64,000 bases of DNA from an uncultured virus (IMG/VR IMGVR_UViG_3300008113_010842) (Duplodnaviria; Heunggongvirae; Uroviricota; Caudoviricetes), in IMG/VR virus record IMGVR_UViG_3300008113_010842. The stretch is one strand, 5' to 3'. This document shows positions 31,801 through 40,087 of this stretch, one piece after another. The notes under the pieces are model-generated. The model made no database searches. It was not told the origin of the DNA and saw nothing but the letters and a program-made list of their open reading frames with translations. Each line of letters opens with the position of its first letter. The stretch's first letter is position 1. The translations under genes and the position numbers were made by a program.

Positions 31801-31937
31801 CAACAGGTGCTACGGTTGAGACGGAATCAATAAGAGTTGATGACCAAAATGTTTCTATTGAATTTGCTGATGCTCCAACTACCGACTCTTATAGAGTTGT
31901 AACTATGGGTATCAAGTCTTTTGGATTACCAAAATAA
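25824..31937 (+). CDS. 2037-aa segmented coiled-coil fibre protein
   Basis: IKNVATPVDGSDAVNKDFV (YadA-stalk-like) start, many ~29-aa E..RA.SAE repeats, periodic DSLTEIV..F nodes, small beta C-terminal domain. Confidence 0.75.
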   Translation: MSKSKKFLVDLDLDSNLIKNVATPVDGSDAVNKDFVTGLIAETSSELSSEVDRLDGLIGNVLSNTDPAALDSLSEIVSAFQSADDNINGAIQNLASSAGSNLSTEVARATSAELSLTTALSDESAARIADVDNEETRAKAAEAQLTSDLSSETAARIADVDGEEARATAAEGVLTTNLSAEIVARISDVDAEESRAIAAETSLTTALSNEISNRILDVNAEESRAISAESSLTSALSTEVVNRTADVDAEQTRAESVEAIIKSDLTKEISDRIADVDAEQTRAESVEAIIKSDLSAESSRAIAAELSLNTKVDFVISNVDGAAIDSLTEIVAAFQSADGDINNAITNLSNAATTDLSNEIVRAESAELSLKTKLSVEISERNADVASLTYELSLEADARSLGDSVLQSNLDDEESRATSAEAKLTSDLSQEVVDRTADVNAEESRALVAEAQLRSDLSSEVSNRVADVDAEENRATSAEAVLTAALSTEVVNRTADVDAEESRALVAEAALRSSLSTEVVNRTADVDAEESRALSAELVLTNNLTKEVADRIADVDAEQERAESVEAIIKSDLSAEISRATSTEAELSDAIAYITSNVDPNALDSLTEIVTAFQNADSDLNSAITNLSNAATTDLSNEIVRAESAELSLSNRLSTEEANRADALSVELSRAESVEAIIKSDLTKEIENRVSDVNAEETRAKSVETALSNAISTEVVNRTNDVDAEESRALAAEGVLTTNLNAEISARVADVDTEQSRATAAETLLTSNLNAEISARIVDVDAEESRATSAEAKLTSDLLQEVADRTADVDAEQERAESVEAIIKSDLAKEILDRTADVDAEQDRAESVEAIIKSDLSTEISRATATETSLENKLNNVISNTDAAALDSLTEIVAAFQSADGNLNNTITNLSNSATSALSSEISRATSAETSIVSNLDKEVLDRISDVDAEESRAMSAEAVLTSDLSKEVVDRASAVSAEESSRIAGDAELSSDLSQEVVDRIADVNAEETRALSAEAVLRSDLSSEVSNRVADVDAEENRAMSAEAVLRGNLSSEVSNRVADVDAEESRALAAESSLASSLSTEVVNRVDAINAEASDRVKGDSELQYQLDTYVDSNNQALNDEISRATSSETSLEEDLKSEISRATSAELSLNTKVDFVISNANPDAIDSLTEIIKAFEDADSDINNAISSLSSAATTAVSNEESRAIVAELSLSNKLSSEQSRAESAELSLTNDLSSEVSRAEAAEGVLTSDLSSEVSRAKAAEDLIKANLSTEVVNRTNDVDAEQSRATAAETQLTNDLNAEIAARISDVDVEQSRATAAEQLLTSNLNTEISNRIDDVDAEESRAIAAEASLTSALSNEIIARTNDVDAEESRAISAESKLTSDLAKEIENRVSDVNAEESRAMSVETVLSNVLASEITRATSKEDSLEVKLDNVISNIDPVALDSLTEIVSAFQSADSNLNSTITNLSNSATSALSSEISRATSSELSLTTALSNEESSRIADVDAEESRAISVETVLSNVIKKEIEDRVADVDAEESRAMSVETLLSNVLASEISDRISDVNAEESRAIAAEDAIKANLSSEISNRVADVDAEESRALAAELVLRNDLSAEISNRVADVDSEENRAIAAEASLEDLLSTNVNSINNDLSSETSRATSAEWSLELALSREITRAEEAEASLSTEISTKVAYLLNNTDLTEIDSFAEVSSNLSAEVSNIYVKIGANDSDVNATISSEVSRATSVELSLETKLDAVISNIDPVALDSLTEIVDAFQNADGDIFDSIKELSDKASGSISSEISRAESVELSIADALKAEIERAEKAESELSTELSTQVSYLLSNTDLTELDSFAEVSAELVSTVSDAIAELALVDEVTIVLNDTDNTISLSENVAAPASGIRTFSGLIEVSSEPSDDANFSDLSLTTAGYVNNGLNSIRTSTNTADAAIAERLNVTPVVSAFTIGNGVDTAYTCEHALGTMDVIVQIYEIATGATVETESIRVDDQNVSIEFADAPTTDSYRVVTMGIKSFGLPK

Positions 31938-31945
31938 ATTAAAAC

Positions 31946-31970
31946 GGGAGTACTTCGGTACTCCCTTTTT
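31946..31970 (+). terminator. Rho-independent terminator with C(UUCG)G tetraloop
   Basis: GGGAGTAC-TTCG-GTACTCCC followed by TTTTT. Confidence 0.9.
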
Positions 31971-31992
31971 AAAAAAAAATTAAATAGAACAA

Positions 31993-32136
31993 ATGGCTAC
32001 AGAACAACCAAAAAAGAAAGTCTACTTAGCGGTAAGAAGGAAAAATCCAAATGTTGAGATTGATCCATTTTCTGGATATTTGACTGATAAGCAGTATTTA
32101 GATAAAAAAACTGGTAGATACTTAATAATAAAATAG
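31993..32136 (+). CDS. Small basic hypothetical protein (47 aa, absent from ORF track)
   Basis: ATG after A-rich leader; MATEQPKKKVYLAVRRKNPNVEIDPFSGYLTDKQYLDKKTGRYLIIK*. Confidence 0.55.
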   Translation: MATEQPKKKVYLAVRRKNPNVEIDPFSGYLTDKQYLDKKTGRYLIIK

Positions 32137-32179
32137 ATTTAATTTGTGTTACACAAATATAAAAATAAAATAAAAAAAC

Positions 32180-35100
32180 ATGATTGAAAAAAAGAAACCT
32201 GGCACTAAAGGTCAAAAGGTCTCTCAACTGAACTTAAAATCTAAAGATTATAATCAGGGTACAGCCTTAAACAGACCTTTGTCAGTTGAGGAGTTTGAAG
32301 GAAACTTTACTACCTTAGCGGATGCTATAAATTCAAATTCTGTTGATATAAATACATTAGTTAGTGATACTAGTGATTTGGGTAAGACTATAAAAGAAGG
32401 AGAAAAAGAACTGGCAGTTCTTAAAGGTAGAGTTGATGGTAGTGAAGCTAAAATAGGTGAATTGGAAAATGCAGTTCAGGAACTAGGAGCTATATTACCT
32501 TCAATAGATGAAGTTGAGTTAGCTAAAACAAAACAAGCATTTGAAGACGCTGTAAATATTCAGATAGCAGTTGACTCTTTTAATAATTCACCATCGGTGG
32601 TTGCTAATACAATTAACAGAGATGAGATTTTCGAAAGAGTAAAATTAGCTCTTCAACAATCAACTGCTCTAATTAGTGAAGTTGAACAATCAAAATTACC
32701 TCTTGATTATTTAAAAGAATTATTAAATAATAATTTTAACTGTACATTTGAAATGTTAGAAGATTATTTGGCTACAACACCTGAAATTGTTGAAGTTGAA
32801 TATGATGGAACTAAAGAAGACCAAATTTCTGATGAGATTGTAATGATAGTTGATACAAAAGGTTATTTTATTGGTGGAATTGGAGTTGAATATGACGACG
32901 CTGGTAATATAATAGGCTTATCAGAATCTAATGTTGAATGGTCATTGGGATGGGATTTTGAATCTATACCAGTTGATGAGAGAGACTGGACAACTGATTT
33001 ATCTAATTTGATAAAAAATCCGGATGCTGAAATTCTGAAAGCTGAATTGGTATTTAGATTTTTAAATAGTTCCGAATCAGACTCGGCTACTCCTGAGTAT
33101 GCAGTACCATCGCCGAATGTTAAAGACCCCAAAGACACAGGTTATGCTGATGATTCTTACTATACTTACTATAGAACAGTTGTAAAAAGTAAATCTAATA
33201 TTAGAAATAATAGAGTTTCTGCGTCAGCTGCTTCTGATGATGTTTCAGAAGATATAATCTATCCACAATATACTTATTTAAGACAAGAAGTAGATCCATT
33301 TAAAGAATCTTCATATTCTATCGCAGCTGAATATTTGAAATATCTTGTTACTACAGATAGAGTATTTACAAAATCAACTAAATATTTTTTAGATTCTTAT
33401 ATAATCAAATCTGAATCTAAATTACCTGATTCTATTTCAAAGGTTTTAGATTATTTAGAACCTTATTCTTCAAAAGATGGTGGTGACTTAGTTTTAGAAG
33501 AAGTCTTAATTTCTGTTTTCGGAACAAAAGGATTAGAGCTTGTTTTTGAAGTTAATGAAGCTGGTGATACCTGGACTTGGAAAATTGATACAATTATCAA
33601 ATTGAAGGAAGCAATATCATTAGCAGATAATTTACAAAAATCACAAGAATATTTTGAAAAAATATTTAGTTCTTATTTTAAATTTGGTAAGATTTCCGAA
33701 TCTGATCTTGTAAAAGAGTTTGTTCAAACTATGTTGAAATATGGATTTGTGGTTCCTGCTGAAGTTTTAGATGGTGGTTCAAATTATGGCTATGGATATG
33801 GTTATGGTTATGAATCAGGTGCTATTGCTGAACAATGTTTTAATTTTTATAGTGCTATTATTAAATTTATTGAAATTTTTAGTAGATATGGTAAATTCGA
33901 TGTTGTTGATGGCTTAGCTTTTAAATGGTATAATTCTTATGGTACACATGGCTCTCTTACTATTGGTTCTGATACTTTCCAATTGTTACAAGAATTAATT
34001 TCAAAATTTGATGGAAAAACACCTAATCAAATCTTTGAATATGTTGGGGTTCTTTTAAAATTAGATAGTAGATATGAGGAATTTATCATAAAATCTGGTA
34101 TAATAGCACCTATATATGATTTTATTTCTGAAAATTATTCACAAATAATTAAAATAGGCACTGACTTTGACCAATTTAAAGAAATGTATACTAATGCTAT
34201 ACTTAAGTTTGGTCAGTTTATTGTGGTAGGATTGGAAGATTCTTATACTTTATTAAACGGACCTTGGCCTTGGGACTGGATCTTTAGAAAACACAATTAT
34301 AAAGCTAATGTTGAATGTTGGTGTGGTGTTGTTCATGTCTCTTTCGGAAGTGGAACAACACAATTTGTGGATAATCCATATTGGTATGATGTACTTGTTG
34401 AAAATTGGGGTAAAGAAGTTGTTAAATTTTATAACAATATGCCTATTTCTTTAGATATTGCTGAAAAGGTTTCTATTTTAGAAGGTATTGAAAATATCAT
34501 AGATAACGCATATAGACAAGAACAAAATCAGGCTGTTACTGACTTTTACAATAGTAGTTTATTATCTTCATTATTTGGTGGTGATTATTCAATTGTTTCA
34601 GGTCTTGCTTATGATGATATTGACTCTTTGATGAATGAGTCAGCTAATTGGATAATAGGTGAAAATGGAATAGTATTTACGGATTCAAAATTGGGTTCAA
34701 GAGAATTTGATAATTGGTATCAAAGAATTATTGGTTCTGTTAATGATATACATAATAGAAGAAGCGCTTTTGGTTATTCTTATCTTCAAGATTATCTTAA
34801 CTACTTCTGGACTACATACAGACCTAATGTTTTAAATGTTGCACCTGGTCAGTTTACTAACCCAAGTAACTGGTTTGAAGGTTTATATGTAAACTTTGAA
34901 AGATTCTTATTTGACACTTTTGGTACAACTGATATACCAGAAGATGCAGAGGAAATATACACTAGATCAGGTAGTCTAGATTTCAACGTTGCTCCTATTT
35001 ATTTATCACCTTCTATGTTATCAACAGCTCTAAGTAATTTAGGCAGTACTGAAGTAGAAATAAATACTGCTATAGAAAACTTATTAAAAGAATATGTAGC

Positions 35101-35839
35101 AAAATCTATGTTTTCTGGTATAATAAAAGGACGTCATTATTACGATATGAGATGGGCGGCTTTAGCTGCAACTCAAGGTGTCTCTTATGAATTAATAGGT
35201 GATTACTGGCATTACACTATCAACAGAACATCTAACTGGTGGCAAAATGATGGTTATGAGTCAAATTGGACAAATGATAATTCAAATAAAGCTATGTTTA
35301 CGAGAATTTTTGGAGCAACATCAAGTGTTGATACTAGTAATGAATTAGCTTCCAAAGTCGTTACTTTTGAAGAAGATTATTGGAAATTAAGAGATACTCT
35401 TTATACAAAAGGAATGGACTTTTATGGTGAAGTGATTTGGGTGTTTGATGGTGTAGATGAGTATCCTAGATTTGGAAAAGAATCATTTGGTATCACTTCG
35501 GTTTTCCAGGTATATGAAATTATAAAAGCAAATTTTCCAGAGACTTCAACAAATAAAAAATATTGGACCGCTCTAAAAGCTTTGTATAAAGCAGTATGTG
35601 ATCAATTGGATGTTACTTATGACAAACCTCAAGAACAAAATGATAAAAGTTATTTTGCAATCAGTGTAAATAATAAAAACTATTTACTTAATCTTTATAA
35701 TGATTACAGAGTACCTCATGATTTCATAAATAATCCGTCACTTATAAATTCTGAATGGTCTTTTGATCAATTAAGATGGGCGTTTAGAATGACTTTAGAT
35801 TATTTGATAGGAAGAAAAAATGAAGAAGCGAATTTTTAG
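32180..35839 (+). CDS. Large hypothetical protein with fibre-type N-terminal motif and coiled coil
   Basis: 1219 aa; RPLSVEEFEGNFTTL resembles the PLT..E.D.NF..L motif at the start of phage fibre proteins. Confidence 0.55.
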   Translation: MIEKKKPGTKGQKVSQLNLKSKDYNQGTALNRPLSVEEFEGNFTTLADAINSNSVDINTLVSDTSDLGKTIKEGEKELAVLKGRVDGSEAKIGELENAVQELGAILPSIDEVELAKTKQAFEDAVNIQIAVDSFNNSPSVVANTINRDEIFERVKLALQQSTALISEVEQSKLPLDYLKELLNNNFNCTFEMLEDYLATTPEIVEVEYDGTKEDQISDEIVMIVDTKGYFIGGIGVEYDDAGNIIGLSESNVEWSLGWDFESIPVDERDWTTDLSNLIKNPDAEILKAELVFRFLNSSESDSATPEYAVPSPNVKDPKDTGYADDSYYTYYRTVVKSKSNIRNNRVSASAASDDVSEDIIYPQYTYLRQEVDPFKESSYSIAAEYLKYLVTTDRVFTKSTKYFLDSYIIKSESKLPDSISKVLDYLEPYSSKDGGDLVLEEVLISVFGTKGLELVFEVNEAGDTWTWKIDTIIKLKEAISLADNLQKSQEYFEKIFSSYFKFGKISESDLVKEFVQTMLKYGFVVPAEVLDGGSNYGYGYGYGYESGAIAEQCFNFYSAIIKFIEIFSRYGKFDVVDGLAFKWYNSYGTHGSLTIGSDTFQLLQELISKFDGKTPNQIFEYVGVLLKLDSRYEEFIIKSGIIAPIYDFISENYSQIIKIGTDFDQFKEMYTNAILKFGQFIVVGLEDSYTLLNGPWPWDWIFRKHNYKANVECWCGVVHVSFGSGTTQFVDNPYWYDVLVENWGKEVVKFYNNMPISLDIAEKVSILEGIENIIDNAYRQEQNQAVTDFYNSSLLSSLFGGDYSIVSGLAYDDIDSLMNESANWIIGENGIVFTDSKLGSREFDNWYQRIIGSVNDIHNRRSAFGYSYLQDYLNYFWTTYRPNVLNVAPGQFTNPSNWFEGLYVNFERFLFDTFGTTDIPEDAEEIYTRSGSLDFNVAPIYLSPSMLSTALSNLGSTEVEINTAIENLLKEYVAKSMFSGIIKGRHYYDMRWAALAATQGVSYELIGDYWHYTINRTSNWWQNDGYESNWTNDNSNKAMFTRIFGATSSVDTSNELASKVVTFEEDYWKLRDTLYTKGMDFYGEVIWVFDGVDEYPRFGKESFGITSVFQVYEIIKANFPETSTNKKYWTALKALYKAVCDQLDVTYDKPQEQNDKSYFAISVNNKNYLLNLYNDYRVPHDFINNPSLINSEWSFDQLRWAFRMTLDYLIGRKNEEANF

Positions 35840-35880
35840 TTGCCGTGTACCAAACCGAAAGCTTAATCAGCAAATCTTAA

Positions 35881-35910
35881 AAAAGAGGACTTATTAGTCC
35901 TCTTTTTTTT
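35881..35910. terminator. Bidirectional terminator
   Basis: AAAAGAGGACT-TATT-AGTCCTCTTTT between convergent genes. Confidence 0.85.
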
Positions 35911-36871
35911 ATTTAATAATTTCTAAATATTGATTCATTATCTTTTCTTTACGAAAATCATCAAAATCAAATTTTTTAACAAAATTATATTTATTTTCAA
36001 AAGAATTTCTTAATGCGGTTTTATACTCATTGTAATCAGGTTCTTCCCAGATTGAGTTAGTTTCATAAATAGAAATACTTTCTTTTGTGTTAAAGATAGG
36101 AATCTCTTTACATGATATCATTATAGAGTTTTCTCTATTTAAAAAATCTTTGTAACCGCTTATTTTTGTATCTAAACAAATTATGTCTTTTTTTAACACA
36201 GCTGCATTCAGTAAAGGAATACAAAAACCTTCCATAAAGGAGAGACAAATGTAACAATCACAATTTATCATTAGTGAAAATATATTATTTTTCGAAATGT
36301 GTTCATCAATAATAACTATTTCACATTTGATATCTTTAGGTATAATAATATCAGTTCTTCTTTTTTCAGAAAGTTTAATTATTAATCTGACATCTTTATC
36401 GTTTCTAAATTCATCGATAAAGTGATTAAGTAAATTTTTTATATTTTTTCTTTCCCAACCTGATGATTCAGTATAGAACGTCCATTTTTTATCAACAAAC
36501 TTTTTCGAAAAAAAACCATTATCAATTAAAATTTCATCTTCCCAATAATTTGGAATTACTTCAATTTTTGTCGTGATTCCATTATCTATCAGAATTTTTT
36601 TACCTACAAAAGAAGGTGTTATTATAACATCCCACTCATTTAACATTCTGATATATCTTTCTTTGATGATAGTGCCATCAATTGGTTGAATAAGTATGTT
36701 TTTATCAAATTTTTTCCAGATATTTCTTTTTTTAAAAAAGTGTTGAATTATTACATCACCGCTAATTTGGTCTTTACTAATAGTATGACCTTGATTTTCT
36801 AAAAAGGACTTTAAATCTGAGTTTATTTTATTTAAACTTACTATTCTACTATCTGGTATATGTATTTTCAT
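35909..36871 (-). CDS. Glycosyltransferase, GT-B/GT4-like
   Basis: IITPS, VIPN, RKNI, DCYICLSFMEGFCIPLL. Confidence 0.85.
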   Translation of the reverse strand: MKIHIPDSRIVSLNKINSDLKSFLENQGHTISKDQISGDVIIQHFFKKRNIWKKFDKNILIQPIDGTIIKERYIRMLNEWDVIITPSFVGKKILIDNGITTKIEVIPNYWEDEILIDNGFFSKKFVDKKWTFYTESSGWERKNIKNLLNHFIDEFRNDKDVRLIIKLSEKRRTDIIIPKDIKCEIVIIDEHISKNNIFSLMINCDCYICLSFMEGFCIPLLNAAVLKKDIICLDTKISGYKDFLNRENSIMISCKEIPIFNTKESISIYETNSIWEEPDYNEYKTALRNSFENKYNFVKKFDFDDFRKEKIMNQYLEIIK

Positions 36872-38064
36872 AAATTTTTATAATTGTTTGTTGTTTCATC
36901 ATAAACAAGACTTTTGTTTTTACCAGTGAAAATACCATCAATTAGTTTATCATAAGTTTCTATTAAATTTCTATTATCAGCAAAGTATCTAAATAATGCT
37001 TTTTTATTTCTTTCTTCATATTCTTTTAAGTTGTTGTCATGATTTTCTAATATCCAATTGAGCATTTCTGCGCCTTTTTTAGTATCAGAACCTTCATAAT
37101 AATAACCAACATCTTTACACATCGGTGCGTTGTGTAAAACTGGATATCCCATAAATGCGACATCTAAATATAAATAATTTAGGGGATTAAGTAATTGATG
37201 ACATATTAGAATATCTAAATATTGTGTGATAATATAAGATGTTTGATATCTACTTTCAGCCGTGATTTTATTTTCTTTATAAAGATCAAATGTTTTAAGT
37301 ATGCTTAAAAATTCTTTATTAACTGAAACATCCTTCGAGTTAGTTATCATCAATTTTAATATTTTATTTTTACCAATATTCGTGCGATATGATTCTTCTG
37401 CTATCATTGTTGGTATCAAACAAAATTTTACAATATTTAGGTTTGGTTCCATAATACCTAAAGCTTTTTGTTTATTCTCTGGATTATATGCAAAACCTTT
37501 TTTGAATTTACCAGCTTTATATCCTTTTTCAATATCTATGATTGCTTCTGTTAAAAATTTATGATGCCAGATAAAAGGTACACATACAACGTTTGTTCTA
37601 TATAAAGTTTGAAAAAAACCTACGTTTGTTTCGTGTTGTTGTGGAATATACCATACTTCATCAAAATAATCCTCAAATTGATTCCATCTATCTTCTTTCC
37701 CAAAAAGAACATTTTCTGTAGTTAAGATGTAGTTACTTCCGCATTTATAACTGATTACTTTATTTGTATCTTTTAAAGATTTAAATTTCTTTATTTTAGT
37801 ATCTTCTACTTGAGCACCCATTACTATTATCAAGTCCATATCTAGATAATGGTCATCAAAATAAACAATATCAATATCCTTTAAGTAAGATGGTTTTTTA
37901 GACCAATCTACCTTAATTGTGTTTAAAATTTTGACTTGATAGTTATTGTTAGATTTTTTTAAAAGATGTTCTAACATTAAAACATTTTGTTTTATACCAT
38001 TTGTCCAAATTGACTCTGTATTTGACTTTAAGCCTAACGTAATACCTATTTTTAAATTATTCAT
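36868..38064 (-). CDS. DUF2827-like putative glycosyltransferase
   Basis: SIWTNGIKQN, IMEPNLNIVK, HQLLNPLNYLYLD...GYPVLHN; start moved to ATG at 38064 behind TTATATATA. Confidence 0.7.
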   Translation of the reverse strand: MNNLKIGITLGLKSNTESIWTNGIKQNVLMLEHLLKKSNNNYQVKILNTIKVDWSKKPSYLKDIDIVYFDDHYLDMDLIIVMGAQVEDTKIKKFKSLKDTNKVISYKCGSNYILTTENVLFGKEDRWNQFEDYFDEVWYIPQQHETNVGFFQTLYRTNVVCVPFIWHHKFLTEAIIDIEKGYKAGKFKKGFAYNPENKQKALGIMEPNLNIVKFCLIPTMIAEESYRTNIGKNKILKLMITNSKDVSVNKEFLSILKTFDLYKENKITAESRYQTSYIITQYLDILICHQLLNPLNYLYLDVAFMGYPVLHNAPMCKDVGYYYEGSDTKKGAEMLNWILENHDNNLKEYEERNKKALFRYFADNRNLIETYDKLIDGIFTGKNKSLVYDETTNNYKNL

Positions 38065-38112
38065 ATAACTATATATAATCAAAATAGGTATCCAATTTTA
38101 ATATATAGTAAT

Positions 38113-39117
38113 ATGATTATAAAAAAATATTTAGATTTTTTGAGAGAGTCTCATGAAGAATTTGATTCTTTTGGTGAGTGGGTAGTGAGTCTTTCTGATG
38201 ATTCATATATCATGAATATTGTTAACAGATACATTAATGATAATGAAAAAATTTATGGAGGTAAAGATATAAATGTTGATATTGATTTAGATAATGCTAT
38301 AAATTTATTAGATGATAGTGTAAAAAAAGAAATAAAATATCAAATAGAAGAATATCTTTCAAAGGGTATAGAAGATAAAGAACCTATAATTACTTCATCT
38401 ACTGATACAACTGAATTATTAGGTGAGTCTATTGATGCTCAAACAGAGATAACTATTGCAGGTAAAGGTATATTTTCTTCATTTTTAAAGTGTTTAACTG
38501 CTTTAGGTCAAAAAGAATCTAATCCTAATTGGATGATTTGTCCAGAAGATTTTCTTCTTTTTTATCATTTTCCTGATTTAGAATCTGAGGTTGTCAAACA
38601 AATATTTTCAAGATTCAAATCATTAGAAAGATATTTAAGTCTAATAGATTATGCACAAAATCATTTAAATTTATATTTTGGTGTAAATACTTCTGGTCAA
38701 TTTGAATATGGTATACAATATGAACAAAGATTTCCCATAGGTAAATTTAAATTATCACAATCAGTCATTAAGTGGTTATTGAGTATAGAATCAAAATCAG
38801 CTCAATCACTCAAAAAGGAAATAGTAAATCTTAATTATTCAGATTTAATTACATTAGGACAAATAAAAATTGATATGAACTCATATTCGCCCGGTTATTT
38901 TGAAAAGAAAATAAATCCAATGTTGAGAGATAGAATTATCACTTTTGGTTTTTATGGTGTTGGTCGTTGGGATAATGGTAAATTAGACGAAGGTGAATTC
39001 CAAAATTTAAAGTTGAATTTTACTAATTGGTTAATGTCTAAAAAATGGGGCAGTAAGGTTCTAATTAGTGTAAAACCAGAATCTTTTTGGTTATATTTTC
39101 ACATAAAATTAAAATAG
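38113..39117 (+). CDS. Hypothetical protein with MIIKKYLDFLRES leader
   Basis: 334 aa; TAATATATA 5 nt upstream. Confidence 0.7.
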   Translation: MIIKKYLDFLRESHEEFDSFGEWVVSLSDDSYIMNIVNRYINDNEKIYGGKDINVDIDLDNAINLLDDSVKKEIKYQIEEYLSKGIEDKEPIITSSTDTTELLGESIDAQTEITIAGKGIFSSFLKCLTALGQKESNPNWMICPEDFLLFYHFPDLESEVVKQIFSRFKSLERYLSLIDYAQNHLNLYFGVNTSGQFEYGIQYEQRFPIGKFKLSQSVIKWLLSIESKSAQSLKKEIVNLNYSDLITLGQIKIDMNSYSPGYFEKKINPMLRDRIITFGFYGVGRWDNGKLDEGEFQNLKLNFTNWLMSKKWGSKVLISVKPESFWLYFHIKLK

Positions 39118-39120
39118 CCA

Positions 39121-39456
39121 ATGAAAATAGTTAAAACATATGAGAATTTTATGGACTTTGATCCGGATTTTGCTATGGCAAAAATTAAACATTTCTATAC
39201 AGAATATGATGTTAAAAACATGGTTGATGATGAAATTGAAAACTGGGTCGAAGAAGAACAAATTGTAGATAATTACGAAGGTAAAGTAGATTGGTATTAT
39301 GATAACGCTTCTGGTGAAGCTGAAGAGGTTGTGATTGACCAGATAATAGACTGGTATGAGAAAGAGTTTAAAAAAGAACTAAGTGAGGAACAAAGAGACC
39401 AATTAACACAAAGAATTGTAAAAGAATATCCTGGAATAGATCCAAACAACTATTAA
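39121..39456 (+). CDS. Acidic hypothetical protein with MKIVKTYENF leader
   Basis: 111 aa, 3 nt after the previous gene. Confidence 0.7.
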   Translation: MKIVKTYENFMDFDPDFAMAKIKHFYTEYDVKNMVDDEIENWVEEEQIVDNYEGKVDWYYDNASGEAEEVVIDQIIDWYEKEFKKELSEEQRDQLTQRIVKEYPGIDPNNY

Positions 39457-39471
39457 TTTTTCTTATATAAT
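39444..39471 (+). promoter_or_regulatory. AAAC-N18-TATAAT promoter-like motif
   Basis: Same spacing recurs upstream of several non-structural genes. Confidence 0.55.
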
Positions 39472-39489
39472 AAAGAAAAATTAAATTCT

Positions 39490-39957
39490 ATGAAACAACC
39501 TTCAAAAGAGGATTTATTGAAAAAATGGTCGTCTATTTTAGGACCAATGGGTATAACAAGTTCTCAATTAGATAATCTATTACAATTAGCTGAAAATCAA
39601 TCTAATCATATATTAGAAGAAAATACTAAAGCATCTGAATTTCCAACTTTATTACCAATGGCTATGAAAGTGGCGGCTCAAACAATTGGTCAAAATTTAG
39701 TTAGTGTTCAACCAATGTCTCATTCCGGAATGTCTCAAGAAGAAATTGATAGAATTAATGCTGAGATTAAGAAAGAAAACCGTGATAGTAAAATTGACGC
39801 CATAGTTGAAGGTAAAGATTATAAAGAATTAAAACCAGAACAACACCCTGATTGGAAATCAGGTCCAGTTGGTAATCTATTTTATTTAGACTACAAATAT
39901 GGTCATAAAAAGACAAGAAGAGCTGGTAAAAAACATAAAAAGAAATCAAATGACTAA
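39490..39957 (+). CDS. Truncated major-capsid-protein (gp23-like) N-terminal fragment with an inserted RDSKIDAI segment
   Basis: KEDLLKKWSSIL, LAENQ, VAAQTIGQNLVSVQPMS...GPVGNLFYLDYKYG parallel T4 gp23 N-terminal motifs; only 155 aa. Confidence 0.65.
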   Translation: MKQPSKEDLLKKWSSILGPMGITSSQLDNLLQLAENQSNHILEENTKASEFPTLLPMAMKVAAQTIGQNLVSVQPMSHSGMSQEEIDRINAEIKKENRDSKIDAIVEGKDYKELKPEQHPDWKSGPVGNLFYLDYKYGHKKTRRAGKKHKKKSND

Positions 39958-40063
39958 ATATGTATCACCTGGTGTTTATGTTAAAGAGGTAGATATTTCT
40001 ACATATTATCCACCTAAGAAATGGGGAAGAATGAAGAAAATTTCTAAAATTTTTACTAAGTAA
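39950..40063 (+). CDS. 37-aa mini-protein: tail-sheath-like N-terminal arm plus RMKKISKIF tail (absent from ORF track)
   Basis: MTKYVSPGVYVKEVDISTYYPPKKWGRMKKISKIFTK*; overlaps the stop of the previous gene. Confidence 0.65.
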   Translation: MTKYVSPGVYVKEVDISTYYPPKKWGRMKKISKIFTK

Positions 40064-40087
40064 ATCTATTAGGGTTATATATACCCT

